From Eubacteriales bacterium (GTDB lineage: Bacteria; Bacillota; Clostridia; Oscillospirales; CAG-272), in contig JAZNNR010000018.1 of the NCBI GenBank assembly GCA_045580325.1, positions 33,931 through 97,930 of the forward strand: a stretch of DNA of 64,000 nt. Direction: 5' to 3'. Both the position numbers and the translations under genes were made by a program. This document shows, piece after piece, positions 37,405 through 46,426 of this stretch (positions are counted from its first letter, which is position 1; the number at the start of each line of letters is the position of its first letter). The notes below the pieces were generated by a model. That model saw nothing but the letters and a program-made list of their open reading frames with translations. It had not been told where the DNA came from and did no database searches.

Positions 37405-39600
37405 TCAGCTACGGTATTGAATTTCGGTTATTATGTTACTTATGAAGCTTATCATCTTCGTGAAGAGTCCTGTGAAGAGTGCGCATATGAACATAATTAT
37501 TGCCATACCACCGATCGTACCAAGAATTGTTGCGATATTCTTTCCGAGCGAGTAGTCGTGCGTTACCATTGTAGAACAGAAGAGGAGAAGTCCGATCCAT
37601 ACGTAACATACCGATATGATAAGAGTAATGAAGGTTGCTTCTGTATCTGTTACACAGTAGGTAAGAAGTGTTGTTATAAATATGATAAGCGGGATAGGTG
37701 CAAGTGAATAGCAGCTTGCAATAAACACGTCCTTGAGGCTTCCTTCTCCATTGAACAGCGTGGTAAGACACCAGTTCGCTATCGTCCAGAGAAGAAGGGG
37801 AACGAGAAGTGCGCTGAGCTGCATAATTACGCTCGACATTGAACCTCTCGGGTTGAATATGAACGCTTCGCCGACTGCCTGATAGGTAAATGCGAGAACC
37901 GCAAGTCCGAGCCAAGCAAGTGCTCCGCGAACAGATCCGCGCTTTTCGTGTTTAAGATCCCAGAATCCGTCAAACGGATGGAATATAAGGTGGAATGCGT
38001 AGAAGAATTCTTCTTTGAAGGTCTTTCTTCTTCCCGAAATTGCCGCCTTAGCATTGACCTTAGCGGCAAACCTAAAGAGCCAACCTATAAGGAAGATCGC
38101 AACCACGGGAACTACGATAATCCAAATAATGTTCTTTTCAACAAAAGCTTTTCTCCAAAGCTTGAATGCTGCGGAATATCCTACTGTATCATATGCTACC
38201 TTATAATATTCCATTGCGGTTTCATAGTCGCCGTTACGGTAATACGCATCACCGAGTCCGATATACGCCGCGTCAAAGTTGTTGTTTCTCTGAAGAACCG
38301 CCTTCCAGTCGTCTATCGACAGCTCGAATTCACGGTTATTGTTGTGCTTAATAGCTGTAAGAAGGAGATCGCCGTACTCTGTGCGTTTGAAGATCGTGAA
38401 CGAGTTTGTATGCGCATCGAGTATGAGCATATCACTTCCGTGGTAAGCTATCGAAGAAACCTTATTAAACTCACCTGTCTGAGCACCGTTGGTTGTTCCG
38501 GGCTTATCTCCGAATGCGAAGAGAAGCTCACCCTGCTTATTGTAGGTGTAGACCTTACTTCTCTTTTCGTCGATGATAGAATATGTACCTTCTTCACCCA
38601 TCGCGATAGAAACGATGTCCGAGATACCTGTCGTCTGTCCGAAAGAGGAAGCCGAGGAAGATCTTACAAAAATTGCAACCTCTCCCATAGGTGCGAAGAA
38701 TCCGTTTCTCTTCATTATATCATCACCCGAGGTGTTTATCTTCTTAACAGTAGCATAGTCGCCCACTTTACTGTAAAGAGCACCCTCTGCGTTTATCGCT
38801 TCATCGGGCGGAGGAACCTTGGTTACCCAAAGGAAGCCCTCGTCGTCAATAGTAATATTGTTAAACGGCGATGAAATGTTCTTTTCAGAAGCTTCGAGCT
38901 GTTCTTGTGTCTGGAAGTTTCTCCAGATAATATCGAAAAGACTGTAAACTGCCTTTGTTGCACCGATATATCCGCAGAATTCTCCGTCGTCGTTAAGGGT
39001 CATAACGCCCTGATAGAGCTGAGGAGAAACAACGTAAATTCTCTTTGAGCTGCTTACCGCAACCGCCTTGGGCTTGTAGATCTCGCCTTCTTCAAGAACG
39101 TCCGAAGAGGGTTTGTCGAGATGTCTGAGATATTTTCCGTTTGCATCGAAAATAACTATTCTCATATTTTCGGTATCTGCAACGTAGATATACTTTTCAT
39201 TTATATATCCGTCATTTCCGTCTGATTCGACACCTTCCCATACGAACACGCCCTGACAGCCGCTGAGAGAGTCATAAGCGATACCGTTCATATTGGTAAA
39301 CTGCGAGATCTCAAATTTGAGATTATAGTATTTATCAAGTACTACTACTCTGTTATTGAACGGGTCTGCAATATAAATATTGCCGTCGCTGTCCGTCTTA
39401 ATATCCGAAGGAGAGCTAAGCGGGACAGCAAGACCTATCGTACTTGAATCGATAGTTCTGTACGGAGAATACGCATCGGGAGATATAAGAGATTCACCGT
39501 CTATCGAGTAGGTATATGTTGCCGCGTTTGCAATAAAGGGGCAAAGCACCATAACAAGGCAGCATATAAGTGCAATTCTGGATATAATTACTTTTTTCAC
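37405..39600 (-). CDS. NHL-repeat beta-propeller / TPR / Yip1-type membrane-domain fusion protein
   Basis: 731 aa with a signal peptide. NHL-like repeats (DSDGNIYIADPFNNRVVVLD and IYVADTENMRIVIFDANGKY), a TPR (GLGDAYYRNGDYETAMEYYKVAY), and a C-terminal five-TM domain beginning FHPFDGFWDLKHEKRGS. Confidence 0.7.
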   Translation of the reverse strand: MKKVIISRIALICCLVMVLCPFIANAATYTYSIDGESLISPDAYSPYRTIDSSTIGLAVPLSSPSDIKTDSDGNIYIADPFNNRVVVLDKYYNLKFEISQFTNMNGIAYDSLSGCQGVFVWEGVESDGNDGYINEKYIYVADTENMRIVIFDANGKYLRHLDKPSSDVLEEGEIYKPKAVAVSSSKRIYVVSPQLYQGVMTLNDDGEFCGYIGATKAVYSLFDIIWRNFQTQEQLEASEKNISSPFNNITIDDEGFLWVTKVPPPDEAINAEGALYSKVGDYATVKKINTSGDDIMKRNGFFAPMGEVAIFVRSSSASSFGQTTGISDIVSIAMGEEGTYSIIDEKRSKVYTYNKQGELLFAFGDKPGTTNGAQTGEFNKVSSIAYHGSDMLILDAHTNSFTIFKRTEYGDLLLTAIKHNNNREFELSIDDWKAVLQRNNNFDAAYIGLGDAYYRNGDYETAMEYYKVAYDTVGYSAAFKLWRKAFVEKNIIWIIVVPVVAIFLIGWLFRFAAKVNAKAAISGRRKTFKEEFFYAFHLIFHPFDGFWDLKHEKRGSVRGALAWLGLAVLAFTYQAVGEAFIFNPRGSMSSVIMQLSALLVPLLLWTIANWCLTTLFNGEGSLKDVFIASCYSLAPIPLIIFITTLLTYCVTDTEATFITLIISVCYVWIGLLLFCSTMVTHDYSLGKNIATILGTIGGMAIIMFICALFTGLFTKMISFISNIITEIQYRS

Positions 39601-39612
39601 TTTGCTACCTCC

Positions 39613-40494
39613 TTAATCCTTCATACCCGATGTACCCATCGTTTCAATAATGTTACTCTGGCTGATTACGAATACCATAATCGGTACCATCATCATTACA
39701 ACTGTTGCAGCAGCGCCTGCACCCGAACGGGTGATACCGCCGCTTACGATCTGGTTGATCGCATAGTTAAGTGTTTTGAGCTGTTCACTGTAAATGTAGA
39801 TCGTACTACCTGTGTTCCAAAGGTCCTTGAACGAGTACATGATAAGAGTCAGCCATGCGGGTTTAACCATCGGCATCGCGATGACCCAGAATGTCTTAAA
39901 CTCTCTTGCTCCGTCGATACGGGCACTTTCAAGCACCGCGTCCGAAACCGAGCTTTCCATAAACTGTTTCATAAGGTAAAGTCCGAGAGATGAACCCCAC
40001 GCAGGAACGATGATCGCCCAAACTGTATCGATCATACCGATATACGACATGATAATGAAGCTTGCGAGCGCTCCAACTGTTGCGTGGAACATCAGCGAAA
40101 GAACAACTGTCTGGAAGAGTACGTTCTTACCGGGGAATTTCATCTTTGCAAGTACGTATGCAGCCATCGAAGCAATAATAAGATGTCCGAACGTACCGCC
40201 TACCGAAATAAGCACGGTATTAAATATGTATCTTGAGAAAGGAACCCAGCTCTGACCCATAAGTCTGAACAGGTCTCCGAAGTTCTTTCCTGTCGGGTGT
40301 ATAACGTAGAACTTAGGCGGGAAGTACCAAAGCTCATCAAGAGGTTTCAGTGCTTGCATTATAGTGTAAAGCATAGGAAGGAACATTACAACTCCCATAA
40401 TTGCAAGGAAGACGAATATTCCCGTGTCGCCGCCTCTTGAACGGTTGAGCACGACCTTATGCTTTCTTACTCTCATTTTCTGTACTTTTGCCAT
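39613..40494 (-). CDS. Carbohydrate ABC transporter permease (MalG-like)
   Basis: ATG at 40494 follows AAGGTGGGA by 7 nt and begins 1 nt after the upstream stop. EAA loop LESARIDGAREFKTFWVIAMP. Confidence 0.85.
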   Translation of the reverse strand: MAKVQKMRVRKHKVVLNRSRGGDTGIFVFLAIMGVVMFLPMLYTIMQALKPLDELWYFPPKFYVIHPTGKNFGDLFRLMGQSWVPFSRYIFNTVLISVGGTFGHLIIASMAAYVLAKMKFPGKNVLFQTVVLSLMFHATVGALASFIIMSYIGMIDTVWAIIVPAWGSSLGLYLMKQFMESSVSDAVLESARIDGAREFKTFWVIAMPMVKPAWLTLIMYSFKDLWNTGSTIYIYSEQLKTLNYAINQIVSGGITRSGAGAAATVVMMMVPIMVFVISQSNIIETMGTSGMKD

Positions 40495-40495
40495 A

Positions 40496-41464
40496 TCACG
40501 TTCCCACCTTCGATAAGAGTTTTTTAACAAGACCGTTTGCTCCGATCATCAGAAGGAAGAGCAGCGTTGCAATAGCAGATGCGTAACCGATCTCGAAACG
40601 TGCGCCGCCGTAGTCGTCAAGGTGGTGCATTATTGTCCATGCGGCATAGTCGGTTGACGGGAATCCGCAAAGGTCGGTAACGACCGCACCGAATCCGAAG
40701 GACTGTGTTATAGCAAGCACCGCACCGAAGAGAAGCTGAGGCTTCATATACGGAAGGGTGATGTACCAAAGTTCTTGCCATCTGTTTGAAATACCGTCAA
40801 CTGCGCCTGCCTCATAAAGCGAACGGTCAACAACCTGAAGTCCTGCGATAAAGTTCAGGAAGGCTGTACCGAGCGAGAGCCAAAGGGCAACTACGATACA
40901 AAGGGTCATGATATATTTTGCGTCCGCGAACCAAAGTATCGGTTTGTCGATAATACCCAGGTCGAGAAGAACGCCGTTTACGTATCCGTAAGCATCACTT
41001 GAAAATGCTGTCTTCCAAATGAGATATACGGAACCACCGATGTTCGGTGCATAGAAGATCAAAGTAACAAGTGCTCTGAGCTTCGGACCGAGCTCGTTTA
41101 TAAACCATGCTACACAGAATGAAAGTAGGTATGAAACGGGACCGATTATTGCAGCGAAAATAAGTGTATTCTTACATGCAGTGATGAACAGGTCATCTGC
41201 AAGGAAGAGTCTTGTATAGTTTTCAATTCCTGCCCACTGTGCAGGTTCAAGCATATTAAATCTTGTAAAGCTGAGTACCAACGATACTAGAACCGGAAGA
41301 ATGGTAAAGAGGAGGAAGACAAGATAATACGGTGCAAGCATAACGTATGCTACCCAATTATTCTTCATTTCCTTCCAGGTCCATGCCAGTTTGGACATAT
41401 CCTTTCTGGCTACCGGTTTTTTAACATCATTGGAGGGTGTTTTTGCTTTTGCTTTTGCTGACAC
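40496..41464 (-). CDS. Sugar ABC transporter permease (MalF-like)
   Basis: 322 aa, EAA loop YEAGAVDGISNRWQELWYITLP. Confidence 0.85.
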   Translation of the reverse strand: MSAKAKAKTPSNDVKKPVARKDMSKLAWTWKEMKNNWVAYVMLAPYYLVFLLFTILPVLVSLVLSFTRFNMLEPAQWAGIENYTRLFLADDLFITACKNTLIFAAIIGPVSYLLSFCVAWFINELGPKLRALVTLIFYAPNIGGSVYLIWKTAFSSDAYGYVNGVLLDLGIIDKPILWFADAKYIMTLCIVVALWLSLGTAFLNFIAGLQVVDRSLYEAGAVDGISNRWQELWYITLPYMKPQLLFGAVLAITQSFGFGAVVTDLCGFPSTDYAAWTIMHHLDDYGGARFEIGYASAIATLLFLLMIGANGLVKKLLSKVGT

Positions 41465-41549
41465 TTTTTAACCACTCCTTAATATTATTTTTGCGCCCGG
41501 CGGAAGCCGCGTAGCTTCCGCCTGCCAAATCTAAAAAACTTATGTCAGT

Positions 41550-44500
41550 TTAGTTCTTCTTTTCAGTATAGTTAGTACCGAAAGAAACCTCAAAGTATGC
41601 CATTCCGAATTCCTGACGTTTTCTTGTAAGCTCCATATTGATATCGTAGATATATTTAAGGAGTTCTTCTTCTGCGTCTGCACCGGCATTATAAAGTTCG
41701 GCATTATAAACTTCGTTGAACGCGAAGGTTACGTAACGGCCGATAATATATCCTCCGGGATATTCTTCAACGCCCACGAGGTTGTTCACCTGTCCCATAA
41801 GGTTGTTATACTCACTTGTTGTCCAAGAGAGGGACGCGAGCGCTTCTTTATTTGCCGTAGTATGCTTATATTCAGAGCCAAAGAGTGCGGTAAGTTCATT
41901 TGCGTAGTCTGCCTGAGTTGCTTCAGAAACATACCACTTCATAAACTTCCATGCAAAGTTTGTAAGGTGTTCAGATCTGTCATCGTCAGCAAGCATAATG
42001 ATTGCCGAAACGTTTACAACTGCATCGTTGTTTTCGGAAACTGTTCCGTCTTCGTTGTACGTTGTCCACGCAGGAAGCGGAACGAACTCCCAAAGTCCCT
42101 GAATTTCAGTTGCAAATATGCTGAGGTGTGTATATGTTGAGTAAGCCATAATGCCTATCGGAATTTCACCTGTACGGAAACGGTTAGGGAAATCGTAGAT
42201 AAGCGGCTGACCAAAGTCTGTAAAGAGTGATGTAAGATACGAGAAGGATGCAAGCGCCTTATTACTGTCGAAGTTGATTCTTCTACCGTCATCTGCATAA
42301 CGTGTACCTCCCATCTGATAGAGGAAGAGATCAAGTCCTGCGAGATACGACGGGAATGCGATCTGCATGTTATTCTCACTGAGAGTATCCATTACAGTTT
42401 TCATTTCGTCCCAGGTCTTAGGAACTGTAAGTCCGAGCTCGTTAAGAACGTCCGCGCGGTAGAACATCATATAGAAGTCAAGCGTTTCGGGAAGTCCGTA
42501 TATTGTCTCGGAGCGAACCTCTTTACCTTTTTCATCAATTCTGAGGTCATAAAGAGTAACGGGAACCCACGTTGCAGGTGAGAACCAGCTCTGGAGCTCG
42601 TCAAATCCTTCAAATTCGTCAAGCGGCTGAACCGCGCCACGTATAGCCCAGTTGATTACGTCGCCCGCAATATGTCCGTGCGATACGTCAGGTCCTACGC
42701 CTGCAAGAACCGAAGGAAGAAGCGCACCGGGTGCAACGAGCTTAAGGTCAACGTTTGCTTCTGTATAGTTCTTTGCAAAATCAGAGTTTATGAGGCTTCT
42801 GAGAACCTGTGCCTGGTCGCGTCCGAGCGTTGTCCAAACCTCAATTTTGTTGTTGGGGTCGGAAACAACGGTAGCACCGAGCTGGCTGTAATCAGACGTA
42901 AAGCTCTTGAAGAACTGGCAAATTTCAAACCAGATAGCCTGGAAGAAGTTTGCGTTTGCCTTGGGAAGCTCTTCACTTCCGGGTGTTCTTACTATAATGT
43001 AGTCAAGCTCAAGAGGCTGCTTTGCGCAGTTCTGGATCCAAGAACCGACAGTTCCGAGGTTTTCCTTAAGGTTATCAACGTTTGCTGCAACCTTGGAATC
43101 ACTTTCACCCATACGCTCGAGAAGCTGTGCAACAGTTCTGAGTGTCGCGGTGTACGAACCGCCGCTTCCAACCTCTTTCTGAAGCTTATCCGCGATGTCG
43201 TAAAGCTTCTTTGACTGTGCGAGAAGCTCGTTCATTTCGTTAGGAATAACGTTATAGAAGCCGTAGTCGCGGTATTTATCGGGGTCAGTACCCGTTATCA
43301 TAAGGATCTTTACGTATATATCTGTTATCGTATTAAGCGATTCGGTAACATCGAGAAGGATGTCAGCCATATCTCCGAGTCCTGCTTCGAGCTCGATATA
43401 GTTTGTTCCCTTTTCGAGATATACCTTATATGTAACGAGTTCTCCGTTCTTATCCTTCTTAGCGCTGTTGATGACCGAGGTCTGCCAAGAATCGTCAAAG
43501 TTAAATCTAAGGTAGTTTGCTTCTTTAAAAGGAACGATTGCATCTTCGCCGTTATTTATCATGCTCTGTGTAGCAACACGAATAATACGCGAAGAGAATC
43601 CACCTTCGTTTACCGACTGACGGAAACGAAGAACTATTTCATAGAAGCCGCTTTCGTCAACGTTTACAGTGTAGCGTGCCCACTGTCCGACACCCTGCCA
43701 CTTTTCACCGCCGTCGCCGCCGATAGCGTTAAGATACTGAATATAGGGCGACTGAGGTTCGTTGATCGAGCTTGTTCTGTCTGCGAAAGGATATACGGTA
43801 GTTTCAGATGTTGCGGTAGGATATTCTGCCTGAAGCTTCAGATAGAAATCTGCAACGTCCTTAGCACCGCTACTCTCCCAATGCTTAACGTACTCGTCAT
43901 ACGAGAACTCATCTGTTTCGTAGTCGTACGGGAATATCTCAACCTCAAGCAGTACCATAGCTTCGCGCTGTGCCTGAAGCTGAATGGTATTTCTTCCTGC
44001 GGGGAAATAGAACTGAAGAGCTTCGATATGGTATCCCGAAGAGTCGGTAGCAACGTATGTAGAAACCTCGTCTACCATGATCTTTCCGGGCTTGGATTCA
44101 TTTCCGTCTATATCGTTTGCAAATACAGGGTAAGCATAAAGTCCTTTTGTATCGGTAAGCTTTTCGCCTGTTTTCTTGAATGTGAGCGCATTATTTTCAA
44201 TAGTACGCTCGAGTATGTTGCCTTTAACGTCAACGTATTCGTAAACGATCTTACCGTTATCACTTACATAGCGGTATATTACGTTTCCGTCCGCGTCAAG
44301 CTGATATGTGTCCATATCGTCCTTCCAGACCTTTGTCAAGGTAAGGTAACGCGCTTCGTAGTAAGGAACTTCCTCGTTGATGTAGAAGGTTCTCTCTATT
44401 GAGGTTGCCTTGGATGCTTCCTCAGCGATCGGTACGTACTTGAATTTAACTGCGTACATACCCTCCTTCATATCAAACGGAATATCCCAACCGACTATAC

Positions 44501-44828
44501 CGTCGGAAGGAAGATAGAGTCCCTTATAATCTTTCCCTGCGGAGTCCTTGAACTCGAGGGTTTTAAGTAAATCGACGTCAACACTAGTAATATCTTTATT
44601 ATAGCTTATGATGTCATCACCGGTGAGAATATAGTTTTCTGTACCCTTCTCTACTCCTTCATGCTCAATGAGGTAATCCTTATATTTGGAAACCTTCAAT
44701 AACTCAGAAAGAGAAGCAGACTGATAGCCATCGTCTGTTTCGGCTGCCGCAGTAGCAGTACTCGGCACAACGAGAACAAGAACAGCGAGCAAAAAAGCTA
44801 TAATCCTACATTTTTTTGAATAGGCCAT
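41550..44828 (-). CDS. Giant extracellular solute-binding protein (N-terminal beta-rich/CBM-like region plus C-terminal family-1 SBP domain)
   Basis: 1092 aa with a signal peptide. The C-terminal ~450 aa has SBP_bac_1-like blocks (IEVWTTLGRDQAQVL, GLPETLDFYMMFYRADVLNELGL, PKTWDEM). First gene of the operon. Confidence 0.75.
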   Translation of the reverse strand: MAYSKKCRIIAFLLAVLVLVVPSTATAAAETDDGYQSASLSELLKVSKYKDYLIEHEGVEKGTENYILTGDDIISYNKDITSVDVDLLKTLEFKDSAGKDYKGLYLPSDGIVGWDIPFDMKEGMYAVKFKYVPIAEEASKATSIERTFYINEEVPYYEARYLTLTKVWKDDMDTYQLDADGNVIYRYVSDNGKIVYEYVDVKGNILERTIENNALTFKKTGEKLTDTKGLYAYPVFANDIDGNESKPGKIMVDEVSTYVATDSSGYHIEALQFYFPAGRNTIQLQAQREAMVLLEVEIFPYDYETDEFSYDEYVKHWESSGAKDVADFYLKLQAEYPTATSETTVYPFADRTSSINEPQSPYIQYLNAIGGDGGEKWQGVGQWARYTVNVDESGFYEIVLRFRQSVNEGGFSSRIIRVATQSMINNGEDAIVPFKEANYLRFNFDDSWQTSVINSAKKDKNGELVTYKVYLEKGTNYIELEAGLGDMADILLDVTESLNTITDIYVKILMITGTDPDKYRDYGFYNVIPNEMNELLAQSKKLYDIADKLQKEVGSGGSYTATLRTVAQLLERMGESDSKVAANVDNLKENLGTVGSWIQNCAKQPLELDYIIVRTPGSEELPKANANFFQAIWFEICQFFKSFTSDYSQLGATVVSDPNNKIEVWTTLGRDQAQVLRSLINSDFAKNYTEANVDLKLVAPGALLPSVLAGVGPDVSHGHIAGDVINWAIRGAVQPLDEFEGFDELQSWFSPATWVPVTLYDLRIDEKGKEVRSETIYGLPETLDFYMMFYRADVLNELGLTVPKTWDEMKTVMDTLSENNMQIAFPSYLAGLDLFLYQMGGTRYADDGRRINFDSNKALASFSYLTSLFTDFGQPLIYDFPNRFRTGEIPIGIMAYSTYTHLSIFATEIQGLWEFVPLPAWTTYNEDGTVSENNDAVVNVSAIIMLADDDRSEHLTNFAWKFMKWYVSEATQADYANELTALFGSEYKHTTANKEALASLSWTTSEYNNLMGQVNNLVGVEEYPGGYIIGRYVTFAFNEVYNAELYNAGADAEEELLKYIYDINMELTRKRQEFGMAYFEVSFGTNYTEKKN

Positions 44829-44941
44829 TAGTTTTTCCTCCTGATAGAAATGGTTTTGCGATTAGTGCAGACTTTTTTCCTACTTTTTAACGGATGGTTC
44901 TGACTTTTAAGCAGCTTCTCTCATACAAGCCGTAGAAAAAC

Positions 44942-44987
44942 AAAAAAATCGCCGACAACGCACAGTTCGCGCAGGCGTCGCCGCGAT
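44942..44987 (-). terminator. Leader terminator (attenuator) inside the 5' UTR of the ABC/unknown operon
   Basis: Minus-strand RNA AUCGCGGCGACGC-13 nt loop-GCGUUGUCGGCGAU forms 13 bp with one bulge, followed by U7. It lies between the promoter (45024-45052) and the ATG (44828). Confidence 0.55.
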
Positions 44988-45023
44988 TTTTCGAAGTTAT
45001 ATTGTCTGCGAACTGTTGTAGAA

Positions 45024-45052
45024 ATAATAACACATTTCTTTAAAATTGTCAA
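45024..45052 (-). promoter_or_regulatory. Sigma-A type promoter of the 44828..32000 operon
   Basis: On the minus strand: TTGACA, 17 nt, TATTAT. Confidence 0.6.
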
Positions 45053-45501
45053 GAGACCATTATTTACATAATAGGTATAAAAAGTCCGTACACAAGGTAA
45101 ATATCTCCCTTTTGTACTACTTTTTTCAAGACCGTTTTTTTAAATCATTTTTTCCGAGTGTTCACACTGTGCCTTGCGTTTCAAATTTCGGATTCAGGTC
45201 TTTATCTACTCTTGGGGTTATTTCTCTGAAAATTCGGGAAATTTGGTTTGGTTTTGTCCGTTTTTAGTGTTTTACAGCATATTATACTCTTTTGGGCATA
45301 CTGACGAATATTTTAAAAACCTATTTTTTTCATATTTTTTACACTTTAATCATTTGTAAAATTTGCACAATTTTCGAGCCTTTTTTTCTACATTTAGACG
45401 AAAATCATTTTTTGCAAAATTTCATTGATTTTTTCTATATTTTTTGCTCTTTTTTCTTTATTTTTATCAATTTCCTTTGTTATACTTTTTTAATTTTGCT
45501 A

Positions 45502-45530
45502 TTGACAAATCATACTCGGGGTGTTATAAT
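45502..45530 (+). promoter_or_regulatory. Consensus sigma-A promoter of the small sigma-like gene
   Basis: TTGACA, 17 nt, TATAAT; both hexamers are perfect. Confidence 0.7.
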
Positions 45531-45578
45531 AAAAATACGAACATTTGTTCTTTTATCAGAAAGGAGATTTTACCCGTA

Positions 45579-45935
45579 ATGTCAAATTGGCTGTTCAAAT
45601 TTGAAAAATACCGTTCAGACAAAATGCTGCTTGAAACACACAGATCGCATCTGAAAACACTTCTCGATGATTATGGATACGCGCGGGAAGACAGCAGGGT
45701 CGTGCCTGTAATAAATGCGATTTCCGAACTTGAAATCTCCCTTGAAGATACCGAAAGTCAGCTCGACTCTTATGTTGCAAGTGCGTCCACTCCGCGCGAA
45801 GCCGCAAAACGTGCCGACGAAAAGCTTTTTTTAACCTATCGGTACATTCACAATATGACTATGGAAGAAACGGCGGAAGAAATGTGTGTAAGCAGAGATA
45901 CGGTATACCGCATACGAAGACGTATTGCAAACTAA
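45579..45935 (+). CDS. Small sigma-70 region-4-like HTH protein (118 aa)
   Basis: ATG at 45579 follows AAAGGAG. The C-terminus LFLTYRYIHNMTMEETAEEMCVSRDTVYRIRRRI matches the region 4.2 HTH pattern. The upstream part of the track ORF is AT-rich junk. Confidence 0.65.
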   Translation: MSNWLFKFEKYRSDKMLLETHRSHLKTLLDDYGYAREDSRVVPVINAISELEISLEDTESQLDSYVASASTPREAAKRADEKLFLTYRYIHNMTMEETAEEMCVSRDTVYRIRRRIAN

Positions 45936-45996
45936 CCTTTTTAACCCATTTTAGCTTTAAACAGCTCAAATATTTTCATTTTTCTTTTAAATCTAC

Positions 45997-46025
45997 TTGA
46001 CAAAATGCTCACTTGGTGCTACAAT
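45997..46025 (+). promoter_or_regulatory. Promoter of the T-box leader
   Basis: TTGACA (45997-46002), 17 nt, TACAAT (46020-46025). Confidence 0.65.
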
Positions 46026-46031
46026 TAACTA

Positions 46032-46318
46032 AACCGCTGACGAAGAGATAACGTCGGTAGCGCACTCACAGAGAGTCGGGGATGCTGGGATCCCGACAGA
46101 AAGCGGACCTGCAAATGGACTTCCGAGGGCTTTGACGATAGCGTATTCATACGATTTATACGAAGGTAGTCAAGGACGGGCGCTCCCGTTACAGAGTACA
46201 GATGTATCACGCATCTACAAAGGCGGACGCTTCGTGCGTCAATCAAGGTGGCACCGCGAATCAAATGCAAGCATTTATTCGTCCTTGACAGAACACCCCT
46301 TCTGTCAAGGATTTTTTA
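46032..46318 (+). promoter_or_regulatory. T-box riboswitch leader, probable Trp (UGG) specifier
   Basis: Stem I elements (GAAGAGA, AGAGAG, GCUGGGA). Candidate specifier UGG at 46116-46118, followed by A. T-box core GGTGGCACCGCG at 46247-46258. Terminator TCCTTGACAGAA-cacccct-TCTGTCAAGGA plus T6 at 46282-46317. Confidence 0.85.
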
Positions 46319-46426
46319 TTTACGGAGCTGAAATTTATGATCTTACTTACAAAACGATGGCGAAAGCCAAATTTTAAGAAGCATTTTTGAACTTTAACTT
46401 GTTAATAATGAAAGGAATTTTATATT

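Noticed and set aside
45046-45579. ORFs 45046..45267, 45174..45359 and 45292..45579 in the T-rich spacer
   Set aside because: They encode Phe/Leu/Ile/Tyr-rich peptides produced by T-runs. They have no RBS and they overlap each other.
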